Shown here in pieces: positions 1 to 14,554 of a stretch of 64,000 bases of DNA. Under the pieces are notes generated by a model. That model was not told the DNA's origin. It saw nothing but the letters and a program-made list of their open reading frames with translations, and ran no database searches. A program made the translations under genes and the position numbers. This DNA comes from Paraspadella gotoi (lineage: Eukaryota; Animalia; Chaetognatha), in contig CM119269.1 of NCBI GenBank assembly GCA_051294375.1, positions 21,650,038 through 21,714,037 of the forward strand, read 5' to 3'. Within the stretch, counting starts at the first letter, position 1. Every line of letters begins with the position of its first letter.

Positions 1-2144
1 CTCGGCGCAGGACTTCGGTTCGCCGGAAGATCCGGTCAAGATTTTTCGAAAATATCGCTAGTTTTGGTCAACGGGGATGTCAAGAGGCGGTGGAGGCGGC
101 GGCGGAAGCGGTGGCGACGCCGACAGCACGCCGGGGTCAGCTCCGGCAGCGCGAGGCAAACGGAAACAGATTCTCGGCAAGGTTTCGGGACTCAAGACAA
201 ATAGAACCACGATCGATATGCAACCGAAGCGTAAGTCGCAAAAGATAAAAAGTTGAACGATTTGAGTTCTCTCGCTCTGAACAAATTTATTCACGGCTTT
301 TTATTACACGTGAGTACAGGGTGATAATTTAAAATGAGTCGCCTGAAAAATGATTGTAGTCTATGAATTATAAAAAGTTTTATTTTTTTGCCTTCATGGA
401 AATCATATTTTTAGCGGCAATTTTAAATTTTATCCTTGTTTCATATTTAAAATTATATAAATAATTTATATTAATAATTAAAAAATATTAAAATTAAATT
501 TATATTTTAAACTTTTATATTTTTTACTATTACATTAAAGTCTTGGATGATTAACGGAGCGAGAACATATTGCAGAGATATATCTGTAATTCAATTTTGT
601 GGAATTTTGGGCAACCAATTTTATCGAGTCCGTCATGTAGGGCAGGGCATGCGTTTCACTAGGATTTCTCGTAGTCTGTCTTTTAGACTCTTCGTCTACC
701 AACAACATTCGCAAGTTGCTTTCCGTTTAACGCAGAACTGTCGCGGGCGTTCTGAGTCATTTACTTTTTAAGCTAAATTATAAATATATATATATATCTA
801 GAAGCAAAACTGTTTAATGGCAAAACGCAGACCTAGGTCCAAAAGCTTTCAAACTAACCAGAAAAAAACACAACACTTTTCCAGTTTTGGATCATTTAGT
901 GTGAAAACATCAGAAATTGAGAGTAAGTTTAAACATCAGTGTTGTAAGTATGTGAATAATATCACGTCATTGGCAATATTAATTTCGTCGTGGTCTTTTG
1001 ATTAACTTAGAATCAACTTTGAAAAAATATAAATTTAGGAATTTGATTTCGCTAGAATTTGCTTTTGTTACAAAAAATAATTAAAACTTGTAAAATACAA
1101 ATTCAGGAAGTCGAAAAAAGTCACACTTATTCTGAGAATCAATTTCTTACTTTCAAATGTTTTTTTTTTTTCTTATTCACTCTGTCGCTTTCTTAGAATT
1201 CTTTGGATTGCTCGTCTTATATATTTCCTAGAATGTAGATTGTCGTAATAATATTGATTGCTTGCTTCGATTGGTGCATTGATTAATGGCTCGATCTAGA
1301 TTTATTGCTTGTTGCTTGTTTGTGCTTGGTTTGCTGAATATAAATGATTGTATGATTGTTAAAAAACGTAGAAGAATGAGGTAATTGATTGATTGATTCG
1401 ATTGGAACCCGGTGATTGATCAATTTGGCACGTCTCTGCAACCTCACATTTAACTCACTCACGCTTTATCCTCTTCTTCTCCGCCTTTTTCCCTCTTTTC
1501 TTCCCCTTTTAATCGCCTTTTTGTCTACGCAATACCATAACTTAATGTCTTTTGGTCTACGCAATACCATAACTTAATGTATTTTTGTCTACGCAATACT
1601 CTCACAACCGTAATCGTATTACTACATTTTCTCTCATTTTTATGTTTTCGTGATTATTTTTTTTATTCTATCGTGTGTGTTGTGCGCTTCCGTATTTTTT
1701 TTTTTATTTTCCCATAATTTTATTACTTATCCGTAACAAACGGGGATACAATGCGATTTCCTTGCTTTTTATTTTAAATAAAAATCTCAAATAACAAAAA
1801 AAAACAACTAACTCTCTTCTTTCTCTCTTTTTTTTTTCTTTATAATTTCATTGTCATTCGTAATAAACTTCCGATCTTTTTTTACATGTATTAAATAAAC
1901 GAACAAATCTAATCTTTTCTCTTATATTCTTATGCTTCTTTATGACGACCGACAAATCCAGAACCAATTTGTACCCAGCCTCTGACCCTTCTTCCATCAA
2001 CGACCCAACCTCTTCCATCTCCAACCAATTTTCTCTTTCGATTCCCGACATCAAAGATCGAAAGAAGGAGGAGGAGGGAGGAGGAGAGAGGAGGAGGAGG
2101 AGGAAGATGAAGAAGAAAGCGATCGCTTCCTTCGAAACCGAAAT

Positions 2145-2175
<31 letters not shown>

Positions 2176-3577
2176 ACGACGACGACGTTCGGTCTCGAAA
2201 AATTAGAATCGGAGTTCAAATTCGGGGAGAAAATGGAGTCCGAGTCTCAGGAGAGCGAAAGATTCGGAAAAAAACGAGTCAAAAGAGAAAACATCGAAAA
2301 ACGAAGGAGAAGAAGAAGCAAGGAGTTCGAAGGACGCCCAGGAGATGAAGAGGGCAGCGGAGCAGCTCTGGTGGAGGGGGGACGCGGGCTGGCGGTCTCG
2401 GCAGTAGCGATGGAACGCGGCTCTGCCGTTGCGAAAGCGGCGTCCCGGCGGGCTCCTGTAACAGCGCTGCCGCGGGGGAAGAAATGAGAAAAGACGGAAG
2501 CGAAATTCAATGATCGAATCTTTTCATAAACGTCGCAGCTTTGATCCTTTTTTCTGTCAGAGGATCCAAGTCGAATCTAAGCGTCGATCCGATCGAGAAT
2601 TTGAGCGCCGATCTAAACGACGGCCACGCCCACCCGGCGCCGAATCCGGCCATGTTGGCTTCCGTGACTTCGATGGAGTCATGGATTTCTTCAACGAATC
2701 TCACGATTTTCTCTTCGACGATCACGTCGTCTTCACGTGAGCGACGAAACTCACCCGAATCGAAAGATAGCGGCGCCGAAATCCGTGATCGATGACGCCG
2801 CTTCGATCCGGGACGTCAACGCCCACTTCGATCTTTGCCGACGCGTCTACTTCCGACTCAAACTCTCTCTCGCGACAAAAACTAACAAAGATAACGACGC
2901 ACGACGACGACGACGACGACGACAGAGATGATGATTTAGATACTTTGTCATCATCGACTGACACGGTTGTCGATGAAGACGAATCAAAATCATAACTTCG
3001 GTGACGCCGACTCCTTTGGAGGCAAATCCCAGACGCCGATAAATCCTATAAACCCAACAAATCCGAGGATTTATCCGGAATCAGTTGCCGGAAAAACCGG
3101 GCTTTTGCCGAAACCGAATTCCGTTTCGGAAGTGAGTGAAGACGTCTTCCGGGGGAACTCCTGCGGCCGGATCCACGGAGCCTCAAAGCCTCAATCCGCG
3201 CTTCGCCCTTCGACGACCTGCTTCGATAGATTCGACCGACTTCTCTCGCGGCGGCGGCAGCAGGCAGCGGCGACACCGCCAAGCACCGCGTCACCTTCGG
3301 CTCCGTCTCTCAAAAGTCTCCTTCCCGCGCTTCGCCGCCGCCGCTGCCGCCGCTGCTGGGCGGCTTCGTCTCCATGCCGAATCTGGCCGTCCGTTCCTTT
3401 CGCGATCTCCCGCGGAATGGATCGTCGAAGCCTCGTTGGTTCCAAGTCGCTCGTCGAAGGGGGAAGACGGCGCAGCCGAAGAGAGGGGATGTGGACAAGA
3501 TGTGTTGGCGGCGTTCGTGATGCGGAGAGCGGCGATCGAGTCGGCGACATGAAGAAGGAGGAAGTAAGGAGGAGGAA
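1..3577 (+). other. Indel-rich duplicate of ~4811-8385 (end of one exon, intron, first part of the large exon); probable assembly or long-read artefact, or a degenerate tandem duplicate
   Basis: 1-260 matches 4811-5066 and 1942-3577 matches 6756-8385 almost base for base, but with scattered 1-nt indels that break the frame; the block ends at an N-gap. Confidence 0.85.
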
Positions 3578-3721
3578 NNNNNNNNNNNNNNNNNNNNNNN
3601 NNATAAATGACAAAACGAAATCGAGTTCGATCAGAGAAATAATTTAAGGAAATGATTGAAAGAATGCTGACTTGCTGAGTGTCATATTTTCTGTTCAGCT
3701 ACCTCTCTTTCTTTCTTACTT

Positions 3722-3796
<75 letters not shown>

Positions 3797-3918
3797 CCCA
3801 CCTCGCGTTGGTGATAAGCAGCACTCACTCACATCTCTAGTCACGTGATATAACCGACCCCCAAATTACCAAATCTCCCTTCACCAAAACGCCGCTTCCC
3901 ATTTTTCCACAAAAAAAG

Positions 3919-5040
3919 TTCCCCAATCTCCCGCCAAGCAATCTCCCGCCAAGCAATCTGTCTTCGACCAAGCTCCGGCCAAGCAGGCTCCGCAACCACC
4001 GCCGCATCAGCCGCAGCAGCGACAGCAGCAACAGCAGCAGCGACAACAACGACAGCAGCAGCCCGACGCCGCCTCGTCGATCAAGCGGCCGGGCCTCGCC
4101 GGAATCCCTCGTCCGAGTCGAGGACCGCCAGTTCAAACGCCGACGCAGACGACGACGCCGTCTCCCGGCGTCAAAGTGACGCCGCCGACTCCGCCGGCTC
4201 AACCGACGCCGCGAATTCCACCGACGCAGCTCTCGTCTCAAATGCCGACGTTGACAAGATCCGCTTCCAATTTGGAAAGAGGATCCTTGACTCAGAGGCC
4301 GATGGTACAAGGATATCCTGTCGTCGTGAAGCCAATGACGAGAGGATCGAAAGACGATAACGATTACGATGATCCTGACGACGGAAGAACGCCGCACTCA
4401 GCCGTGCAGCAGCTCAAACCCGCCGTGGCCAAGAAACCCGTCACGCCGCCCAAGGCTGGACCAGCGGGGGCGAGGGCCCGTGCCATGGCGGCCGCTAAGG
4501 CTATGGAGGAGGCGGCGGAGAAGGAGACGACGACGAATAATTTGACCGCCTCCTCCGCCGACGACGCCGCCGCCGCCGCCGCCGCCGCCAAGGATACTTC
4601 TCCGCCCAAATCGCCGAAAGGCAGCGCCGCCGCGGCAGCGAGAGCCAGGGCGGCAGCAGCAGTGGCGGCGGCGGAGGAGAAAACTAAGGAAACGAAGACG
4701 GAAATTAGGTCGGCGGAATCGTCCGGCGCCGCCGACCACGCCGATTTCCCGGCACCGTCTCCTTTCACTCCGGCGTTTCCGGAAGAGTCTCCTCGATTCA
4801 CCCCAGCTTTCTCGGCGCAGGACTCGAGTTCGCCGGAAGATCCGGTCAAGATTTTTCGAAATATCGCTAGTTTGGTCAACGGGGATGTCAAGAGCGGTGG
4901 AGGCGGCGGCGGAAGCGGTGGCGACGCCGACAGCAGCGCCGGGGTCAGCTCCGGCAGCGGCGAGGGCAAACCGGAAACAGATTCTCGGCAAGGTTTCGGG
5001 ACTCAAGACAATAGAACCACGATCGATATGCAACCGAAGC
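3919..5040 (+). CDS. Internal exon (Gln/Pro/Ala/Ser-rich low complexity) of the AIP3-domain gene
   Basis: Open frame from AG acceptor at 3917-3918 (VPQSPAKQSPAKQ..., polyQ) to a C|GTAAGT donor at 5041; phase 1 joins in frame to the acceptor at 6775 (C|AA CCC AAT TTG). Confidence 0.65.
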
Positions 5041-6775
5041 GTAAGTCGCAAAAGATAAAAAGTTGAACGATTTGAGTTCTCTCGCTCTGACAAATTTATT
5101 CACGGCTTTTTATTACACGTGAGTACAGGGTGATAATTTAAAAATGAGTCGCTGAAAAATGATTGTAGTCTATGAATTATAAAAAGTTTTATTTTTTTGC
5201 CTTCATGGAAATCATATTTTTAGCGGCAATTTTAAAATTTTATCCTTGTTTCATATTTAAAAATTATATAAATAATTTATATTAATAATTAAAAATATTA
5301 AAATTAAATTTATATTTTAAACTTTTATATTTTTTACTATTACATTAAAGTCTTGGATGATTAACGGAGCGAGAACATATTGCAGAATAATATCTGTAAT
5401 TCAATTTTGTGGAATTTTGGGCAACCAATTTTATCGAGTCGTCATGTAGGGGCAGGCATGCGTTTCACTAGGATTTCTCGTAGTCTGTCTTTTAGACTCT
5501 TCGTCTACCAACAACATTCGCAAGTTGCTTTCCGTTTAACGCAGAACTGTCCGGGCGTTCTGAGTCATTTACTTTTTAAGGCTAAATTATAAATATATAT
5601 ATATATCTAGAAGCAAAACTGTTTAATGGCCAAAACGCAGACCTAGGTCCAAAAAGCTTTCAAACTAACCAAAAAAAAACACAAACTTTTTCCAGTTTTG
5701 GATCATTTAGTGTTGAAAACATCAGAAATTGAGAGTAAGTTTAAACATCAGTGTTGTAAGTATGTGAATAATATCACGTCATTGCACAATAATTAATTTC
5801 GTCGTGGTCTTTTGATTAACTAGAATCAACTTTGAAAAAATATAAATTTAGGAATTTGATTTCGCTAGAATTTGCTTTTGTTAAAAAAAATAATTAAAAC
5901 TTGTTAAAATACAAATTCAGGAAGTCGAAAAAAGTCACACTTATTCTGAGAATCAATTTCTTCACTTTTCAAATGTTTTTTTTTTCTTATTCACTCTGTC
6001 GCTTTCTTAGAATTCTTTGGGATTTGCTCGTCTTAGATATTTCCTAGAATGTAGATTGTCGTAATAATATTGATTGCTTGCTTCGATTGGTGCATTGATT
6101 AATGGCTCGATCTAGATTTATTGCTTGTTTGCTTGTTTGTGCTTGTTTGCTGAATAAAATGATTGTATGATTGTTAAAAAACGTAGAAAGAATGAGGTAA
6201 TTGATTGATTGATCGATTGGAACCCGGTGATTGATCAATTTGGCACGCTCTGCACCTCACATTTAACTCACTCACGCTTTATCCTCTTCTTCTCTCCGCC
6301 TTTTTCCTCTTTTCTTCCCCTTTAATCGCTTTTTGTCTACGCAATACCATAACTTAATGTCTTTTGGTCTACGCAATACCATAACTTAATGTATTTTGGT
6401 CTACGCAATACTCTCACAACCGTAATCGTATTACTACATTTTCTCTCATTTTTATGTTTTCGTGATATTTTTTTTTATTCTATCGTGTTGTGTTGTGCGC
6501 TTCCGTATTTTTTTTTTTATTTTCCCATAATTTTATTACTTATCCGTAACAAACGGGGATGACATGCGATTTCCTTGCTTTTTATTTTAAAATAAAATCT
6601 CAATAACAAAAAAAAAACAACTAACTCTCTTCTTTCTCTCTTTTTTTTTTTCTTTATAATTTCATTGTCATTCGTAATAAACTTCCGATCTTTTTTTACA
6701 TGTATTAAATAAACGAACAAATCTAATCTTTTCCTCTTATATTCTTATGCTTCTTATGACGACCGACAAATCCAG

Positions 6776-6955
6776 AACCCAATTTGTACCCAGCCTCTGA
6801 CCCTTCTTCCATCAACGACCCAACCTCTTCCATCTCCAACCAATTTTCTCTTTCGATTCCCGACATCAAAGATCGAAAGAAGGAGGAGGAGGAGGAGGAG
6901 GAGGAGGAGGAGGAGGAAGATGAGAAGAAAGCGATCGCTTCCTTCGAAACCAAAT

Positions 6956-6992
<37 letters not shown>

Positions 6993-7699
6993 TTCGCGTC
7001 TCGAAAAATTAGAATCGAAGTCAAATTCGGGGAGAAAATGGAGTCCGAGTCTCAGGAGCGAAGATTCGGAAAAAAACGAGTCAAAAGAGAAAAACATCGA
7101 AAAACGAAGGAGAAGAAGAAGCAAGGAGTCGAAGGACGCCCCAGGAGATGAAGAGGGCAGCGGAGCAGCGGTGGAGGGGGGACGCGGGGCTGCGGCTTCG
7201 GCAGTAGCGATGGAACGCGGCTCTGCCGTTGCGAAAGGCGGCGTCCCGGCGGCTCCTGTAACAGCGCTGCCGCGGGGGGAAGAAAATGAGAAAAGACGGA
7301 AGCGAAATTCAATGATCGAATCTTTTTCAAAAATCGTCGCAGCTTTCGATCCTTTTTCTGTCAGAGGATCCAAGTCGAATCTAAGCGTCGATCCGATCGA
7401 GAATTTGAGCGCCGATCTAAACGACGGCCACGCCCACCCGGCGCCGAATCCGGCCATGTTGGCTTCCGTGACTTCGATGGAGTCCATGGATTCTTTCACG
7501 AAATCTCACGATTTTCTCTTCGACGATCACGTCGTCTTCACGGTGAGCGACGAAACTCACCCGAATCGAAAGATAGCGGCGCCGAAATCCGTGATCGATG
7601 ACGCCGCTTCGATCCGGACGTCAACGCCCACTTCGATCTTTGCCGACGCGTCTACTTCCGACTCAAACTCTCTCCTCGCGACAAAAACTAACAAAGATA

Positions 7700-7737
<38 letters not shown>

Positions 7738-9471
7738 AGAGATGATGATTTAGATACTTTGTCATCATCGACTGACACGGTTGTCGATGAAGACGAATCA
7801 AAATCAACTTCGGTGACGCCGACTCCTTTGGATGGCAAATCCCAGACGCCGATAAATCCTATAAAGCCCAACGAAATCCGAGGATTTATCCGGAATCAGT
7901 TGCCGGAAAAACCGGCGCTTTTGCCGAAACCGAATTCCGTTTCGGAAGTGGAGGTGAAGACGTCTTCCGGGGGAACTCCTGCGGCCGGATCCACGGAGCC
8001 TCAAAAGCCTCAATCGCGCCTTCGCCCTTCGACGACCTGCTTCGATAGATCGACCGACTTCCTCGGCGGCGGCGGCGGCGGCAGCGGCAGCGGCGACACC
8101 GCCAAGCACCGCGTCACCTTCGGCTCCGTCTCTCAAAAGTCTCCTTCCCCCGCTTCGCCGCCGCCGCTGCCGCCGCTGCTGGGCGGCTTCGTCTCCATGC
8201 CGAATCTGGCCGAGTCCGTTCCTTCGCGATCTCCCGCGGAATGGATCGTCGAGCCTCGTTTGGTTCCAGCGCCTCGTCGAAGGGGGAAGACGGCGCAGCC
8301 GAAGAGAGGGGATGTGGACAAGATGTTGGCGGCGTTCGTGATGCGGAGAGCGGCGTCGATGTCGGCGATGAAGGAGGAAGAGGAGGAAGGGGCGAGAAGT
8401 GGAAGGGGTGTCGGGGAAGAGGAAGAGGAAGAGGGGGTGAGGAGTGAAGGGAGTGTCGGGGCGGGAGAGACGAGACCGTCCAAACCTAATAGAACTGACA
8501 TCGATTTGGATAAACTGAAAAAGATGGCGTTGGATCGAAAGAAAACTCCCCCAACTCCTCCGCCCGACAATCCCGTCAAGATGCAAACATCTTCCTCCAA
8601 GGACAAACACCTCCAACAGTCCGTCGACGACTCTCGATCCACGACTTCCCAACATCTCGTCGCCGATCCTTCGATGCTCGATCGATCTCAAACGCTTCCC
8701 CTCGATTTTACGATTTCGGAGAAAAAGCAAAAAGAAAAGAAGAAAGAGAAAAAGAAGAAGCCTTTGGCGGACGAAGCGTTGGACGCCTTCCGATCACCCT
8801 TTAACGCGGACGACGCCGTCTCCCTCCCTCCACCGTCTCCCTCTCACTCTGACATCTCTTGCTCGTCTCTCTCTTCTCTCCCCAACTTTTCTCTTCGCGA
8901 AAACAAGAGAAAGGATTTTTTCTCCTCCAACGTCTCCCTCTCTTCTCCGAAAACGTCTCGTCACTCTGTCTCTATCAAGGCCGTCGCCGAATCTCCCAAA
9001 GCCTCTCTAAGACCGGCTCTGTCCTCTGCTTCTCCTTACTCCGTGCCTCGAGCTCGTTCTTCTCTCGGTTTCCAATTTATGCCTTTCTCATCCTCTCATT
9101 CTATTTCATCTCCTCATCTTTCTTTTTCATCCACTCATCTTCCTTTTTCATCCACTCATCTTCCTTTCTCATCTCTTCATCCTGACTCTAACCCTGTATC
9201 CGTCGCGCGTTCCTCACTCGTTACTCACCCGACTCACTCACCCAAATCACCCACCTCCCTTTCCTACTCACCCGCCCACGTGTCCCCCGCGTGTTTCTCC
9301 TCATCCGCTTTCCTCTTTCCTCCTTCCTCCCTCTCTTCCTCCATCTCTTTCTCTTCCTCCCCAACTTCTCCCTCCGCAGCCTCGTTGGCCAGCATCCCGC
9401 TCCACATCAACGGAGATTCGACTCCGTTGGTCAGGAAACCCGCCATCATTCGACCCATCACGCCGGCACAG
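6776..9471 (+). CDS. ~2.7 kb low-complexity internal exon (polyE, polyD, Ser/Pro-rich) of the AIP3-domain gene
   Basis: 899-aa ORF in the track; tccag acceptor at 6771-6775, CAG|GT donor at 9472, phase 0 into the next exon. Confidence 0.8.
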
Positions 9472-9923
9472 GTTTTTTTTTAATAGTTTGTTAAATTTGT
9501 ATCATTAACTATTTGTTAGTTGTTTTTTTTTTAGTTTCTTAAGTTTATTTTTATCGCTTTTTTAGTTTTAGAAATTTATATTCTTCGTTTTGTTTCTTTT
9601 GTATTTTTGTTTCTTTTTAAGTTTTTTTCTTGTGTTTTTTTTTTTTGTTAATTTTTTTTTAACTTTGTTTGTTTAGATTTTTATGTTTCTTAACTTTATT
9701 TCTTTTCTTTTTATCTATTTTTTTCCTTTTTTTGGTTATTTTGTTTTCTTTTTTCTTTTTTGGTTAAATTTTCATTTTTCAGGAATTGATATTAATTAAT
9801 GTTAGATAATGAAATGTTAATTCAGACTTTTTTCTTGTTTCTTTCATTCTTCTATTTTAAGTAAATCATAGGGTATTACCAATTTCATTTAAACATTATT
9901 TCTAAATTCATTTTATCGTACAG

Positions 9924-10100
9924 TTAACGGTTGGCACAAACGTCAAATCCTCAATTTTCGGTTTAAAATTGAAAACCGAAGATTTGAAGAAGAAAGTTGA
10001 CGATATGAAAGACATTCAAGTGGCTTATATGAGAAGTATCGATAAGACGATTCAACAGGCGGCAGAGATGATGATGACCGCCGTACAGAATACCGTAGAG
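9924..10100 (+). CDS. Coiled-coil exon of the AIP3-domain gene
   Basis: cag|LTVGTNVKSSIFGLKLKTEDLKKKVDDMKDIQVAYMRSIDKTIQQAAEMMMTAVQNTVE|gtataa; 177 nt, phase 0/0. Confidence 0.85.
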
Positions 10101-10406
10101 GTATAAACATTACTCATAAATACGGTTTCTCTATTACTATTAAGATAGTTTGATGTAGTCTTGAATAAAAACTCCATTCAAAACTGATTAGACATTGTTT
10201 AACTAAAATTCTCGAGCTGAAATGTAGTTGAATTTTAATAAAATTTAAGGTTGACAGAAATTTTTTTTACTTACTTTTAGCTTTTTTTTCACTACAGTTT
10301 TGCTTAATTTTTACTCAGAATATAGTATAAAACTAATTTTTAAAGTTTCTCTCACATAATTTTTACAATATGACATTTTACGCAATCATTTGTAACCCTC
10401 ATTCAG

Positions 10407-10543
10407 ACATCAGGCAGCGCGGAAGGTGATCAACTCTTGAAGGATCTTCAAGAGGATCATCCAGTGCGGCTCCAACGACTTCAAGTCTCCAAGTTCCATC
10501 GCGCCTTCAGCAACGACATGACCAAAGTCTCTCAAGAGCTCAG
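10407..10543 (+). CDS. AIP3-domain exon
   Basis: ttcag|TSGSAEGDQLLKDLQEDHPVRLQRLQVSKFHRAFSNDMTKVSQEL AG|gtcaga; phase 0/2. Confidence 0.85.
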
Positions 10544-12039
10544 GTCAGAATTTGTCATTTTATTTTTTAAGTTATTGAGTTAAGTGGTTAACTAGTTAAG
10601 TGGTTCATCCCTTACAAGATAATAACATAGCAGGACCCTCACTCTCTGTCCCGTTTATTAACGTACAGAGCACATTGCTTTCTTATCAATGTATCAATTT
10701 GTTAAATAATGTTTTAAGAGCTGTTTTAATTGTATAAAAGGGCCACTTCCCTAGCGGTTAAATTGGTTAAGACATTTTTTAAAACTTTTTTCCATTCTTC
10801 AAGAAAGATTGGAGATAAAAATTAATTATATTTGCTCTCGATAAAAAAAAATAATTTCCAGTCAATATAGGTTTCTTTACTTTTATATGAGTAAAGTTCT
10901 TAAAATAGACCAGCTACCTTTCAATTAAGGACACTTCAGATCTCGAATTCCTTTTTCAAACATTTTCTTTTCCCCATCGCATTCCAAAAGCTTTTTTTTT
11001 CCTTCAATTTCTTCTTTTCTCCTTTTGTTTCGCGTCGTTCGACCGCGAAATTCCTTTTGTCTATTAATTCATTGTCAACCGCTTCCCTTTTGTCATTTTT
11101 TCTGAGGGGGGACCAGGAGGGGACCAAGCGCAAATTGTTGGCATAATATGGTTTGTCTTTTGTTTGTTTAGAATGATAAATTTTCATATTATTCAGTTTA
11201 TTATGGCGCTATCGTTTTTAAACACGTTTGTTGCTACGAATATCAATTATCAATTGATTTATAAATTGTACCATAAAAAGCACTTGGGAACAAATAAAAG
11301 AAAACAGTACAATACAAACCTGATACTAGGGGTAGCCCCACTCAATGGAGTGAATCAAAAATTTAGAATGATTATATGCTCAAACGAAAATTTATACATT
11401 TTTAAGTATACTTTCAATGGACAAAACATTTCTTATGTGGCTCTATACCCAAATAATTAATTTTTTAATATTTATTTATAAATAGGAAAGGCCAAAAATT
11501 TTTTGGATAATTTTTAAATTTTAAGACCAGATTCAGATAGCTCATAAAAAGTTGTCTGCACAAAGTATAATTCTTTTTTAAATATTTTCATGATAAGTGA
11601 GTCAAAAATAAGAAAAACTGGTCCCTACAATACAATACACTACAATACAATACAATACAAGCTTTAAATTTACTTCACTTCCACTCGCTTCAAATCTTTG
11701 GCGACAGAAATTCGACCGCGCGACGCGTCACGCTCATTGCAGTCTGGACAACCGAACCAGATGGTCGCTCACTGGCGCCAACAATTCCTTTTTTTTTTAA
11801 TTGACGCGGTCATTTTTTTAATTTTTACAAATTTTCTTTTTTTCTAATAATTATTTTTTTCGTCTTTGAAAATCAGTCTAGTACCATTTCTCAGTTTCAA
11901 TTTCATTTCATTTTTTTTTCTTTTAGTTTTTTTTATTTAATTAAATAATATAATATACAATCGGTCCATCGAGAACGTGATTCATTCAATTAAACTTTTG
12001 AATCATACACAATCAAATTGATAGGATCGAAATTGCGTT

Positions 12040-12104
12040 TCATTCGTTGGCACCGATTTTATCCGTGATCCATTTGACGTAACGGGCCGTCTTAGTGTAG
12101 ACTC
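12040..12104 (-). CDS. Serine protease terminal exon
   Basis: ttttag|(G)VYTKTARYVKWITDKIGANE*. Confidence 0.92.
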
Positions 12105-12920
12105 CTAAAAATGTAATAATTTTATTAATATTCTCAATAATAATCTCAATGATAATCTCGCTTATAATCTCAATAATAATTTTAAGTATAATCTCAATAC
12201 TAATCTCAATAAAAATATAATAATAATAATGTAGTGGTACATAAGAACATGTATCAACAATAATGCATAACAGAGAGAGACCTCTTCAATAATATAATAA
12301 TCTTATGTATAATCTTAATAAGAATCTCAACCGGTCGAAATTGTCGAAGCGAAACGTTTATTTTCTGGGATGGATTTCTTCCCCCCCCCCCTTTGCCCCT
12401 TCCTACCCCTGACTCAGGGCCTGAGGGAGGCGATTCGTCCTTTCGCAGGAAATTATTTATTTATTTTTAGTCAGCGGCAAAAGGGCGAATCGATAACACA
12501 CTTTTTTGGTCGGTCTTAGATTGATAAAATAAGCTTGAATAAAAAAGTATAAAAGTATTTTTTTTAAAATGTTTTATCATTTTCAAATTTAAATACTGTA
12601 AGAAAGTATTAATAATAACTAATATTTATTTATGCTTTGATAAAAAAAATAAAACTGTGACCGATTAAATTTGTACTTTTTTACTTAATTAAATAGTACA
12701 GAGTTATCAGTTAATTAGTTATTGGGTGTTTATATTTATTAGACTATTTTTATTTAATATTAAATAATTTACATACTATAATATTATTTTAATTAATACT
12801 TAGTAAGTTAGTATAATAATTAAAAAAACATATTTTTATTTTTATCTTTATATAATCTTTTCAGGATACATGAAAAAAATAAATTAATACCGCGCAGCCA
12901 CTTGAAATCGCCCTTCCTCA

Positions 12921-13235
<315 letters not shown>

Positions 13236-13263
13236 TTATAATATATGGCAGGTAATATGGCCT

Positions 13264-13515
13264 TATATGAAATTGGTACAACCAATATAAAAATTATTCA
13301 ATCATTTAATAATTAAGCTATCTTGCCCCTGACTTTGGACAGGCTTTGGTGGTTTAAGGCCTCCATCACTCTTACAAAAAAATGACATATCAATCAAGAC
13401 TCTCTCACAGTCTCTTTTATTCACTCCCAGAGTACCTGACTTCCCTATCAATGAAGTGTTATTATGTTTCAAAGAATGTTTCATTTGTATGAAAAGACCA
13501 TTCCCTTAATTATTA
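13264..13515. repeat. Unclassified dispersed repeat; pieces also at 10620-10755, 27300-27480, 34790-34895 (inverted), 35310-35368, 42300-42430, 49925-50055
   Basis: Shared gaaattggtacaaccaatataaaaatta, ggcctccatcactctta and gactctctcacagtctc...tatcgat blocks. Confidence 0.65.
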
Positions 13516-13539
13516 GATTAGAATTAGATTTTATAAAAG

Positions 13540-13717
13540 ATGGCATCTGATTTTCAAAGAAATGGCAAAGGCAGATGAGACGGCATCTGATTTTCAAAGA
13601 AATGGCAAAGGCATATGAGACGGCATCTGATTTTCAAAGAAATGGCAAAGGCAGATGAGACGGCATCTGATTTTCAAAGAAATGGCGAAGGCAGATGAGA
13701 CGGCATCTGATTTTCAG
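13540..13717. repeat. 40-bp tandem repeat, ~4.5 copies
   Basis: Unit ggcatctgattttcaaagaaatggcaaaggcagatgagac. Confidence 0.95.
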
Positions 13718-14306
13718 ATGAGAAGGGATTTGAGTCGTAAATCCGCTGAGATTTATTTCCGGTTAATAGGATCACAGTGGGAAATCTTCCAACCCTTTCG
13801 GCCGACACCCACGTCGCCCCCTTGGACCCTCCTCTCTTTTTTTGAAAAGGAAAATGGCTTCTTCCTTTTTTCTTCTTCTTTTTATCTTTCTTTTCCATTT
13901 TGTCTCACCGATTTCAAGACTCACTCACTCACTCTGTGATTTCTTTACTGATAAATTCAGTCCGTCGATCGATTCTCGCTTCTCATTTACTCATTCTTCC
14001 CCCTTCCCCACTTTTTTGGACTCTTCCTCTCAAATTTTAAATTTAAATTTTAGATATTATATATTTAATATTATTTTTTTATCTTTTTAAGATTCAATTT
14101 TCTTTTCGTCTGGCATATATACATTTTCATTTTCATTTTTCTAACGAATAGGCCAAATGCCTACTCATTTATCAAAAATATGGGGAAATTGAATGAACAC
14201 CTTCTGACTTGTAATTATATTTTATATATTTTATATAAAGACTCCAAAACAAGACAGTTTTCTTGCCGAAAAACAGTTTTCTCACCCAAAAAAACAGTTT
14301 TCTTAC

Positions 14307-14452
14307 CTGACAGGAATCTTTCCCTCCTGCCTCCAATCCCGCGCATAAATTACTGTCCCAAACTCTTCCTTTGTAAAATTTATACGTGTTGCATTTCGTT
14401 GGACCGAAAACTGGAAGCGTCACTTCTTGCAGAGACGTTGGAAGTTCGCCAT
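14307..14452 (-). CDS. Serine protease exon
   Basis: (Y)GELPTSLQEVTLPVFGPTKCNTYKFYKGRVWDSNLCAGLEAGGKDSCQ|gtaaga; Asp in the S1 pocket (DSCQ) implies trypsin-type specificity. Confidence 0.92.
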
Positions 14453-14518
14453 CTGGCGGGGCAAAGATAAACGAGAGAGAAGGAGAGAGAGAGAGAGAGA
14501 GAGAGAGAAGAGAGCGAG

Positions 14519-14554
<36 letters not shown>

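Noticed and set aside
1942-3647. Overlapping short ORFs as separate genes
   Set aside because: Frameshifted fragments of the duplicated large exon.
6784-9483. 899-aa ORF as a standalone intronless gene
   Set aside because: It starts at TTG and is bounded by a good acceptor and donor that join flanking exons in frame.
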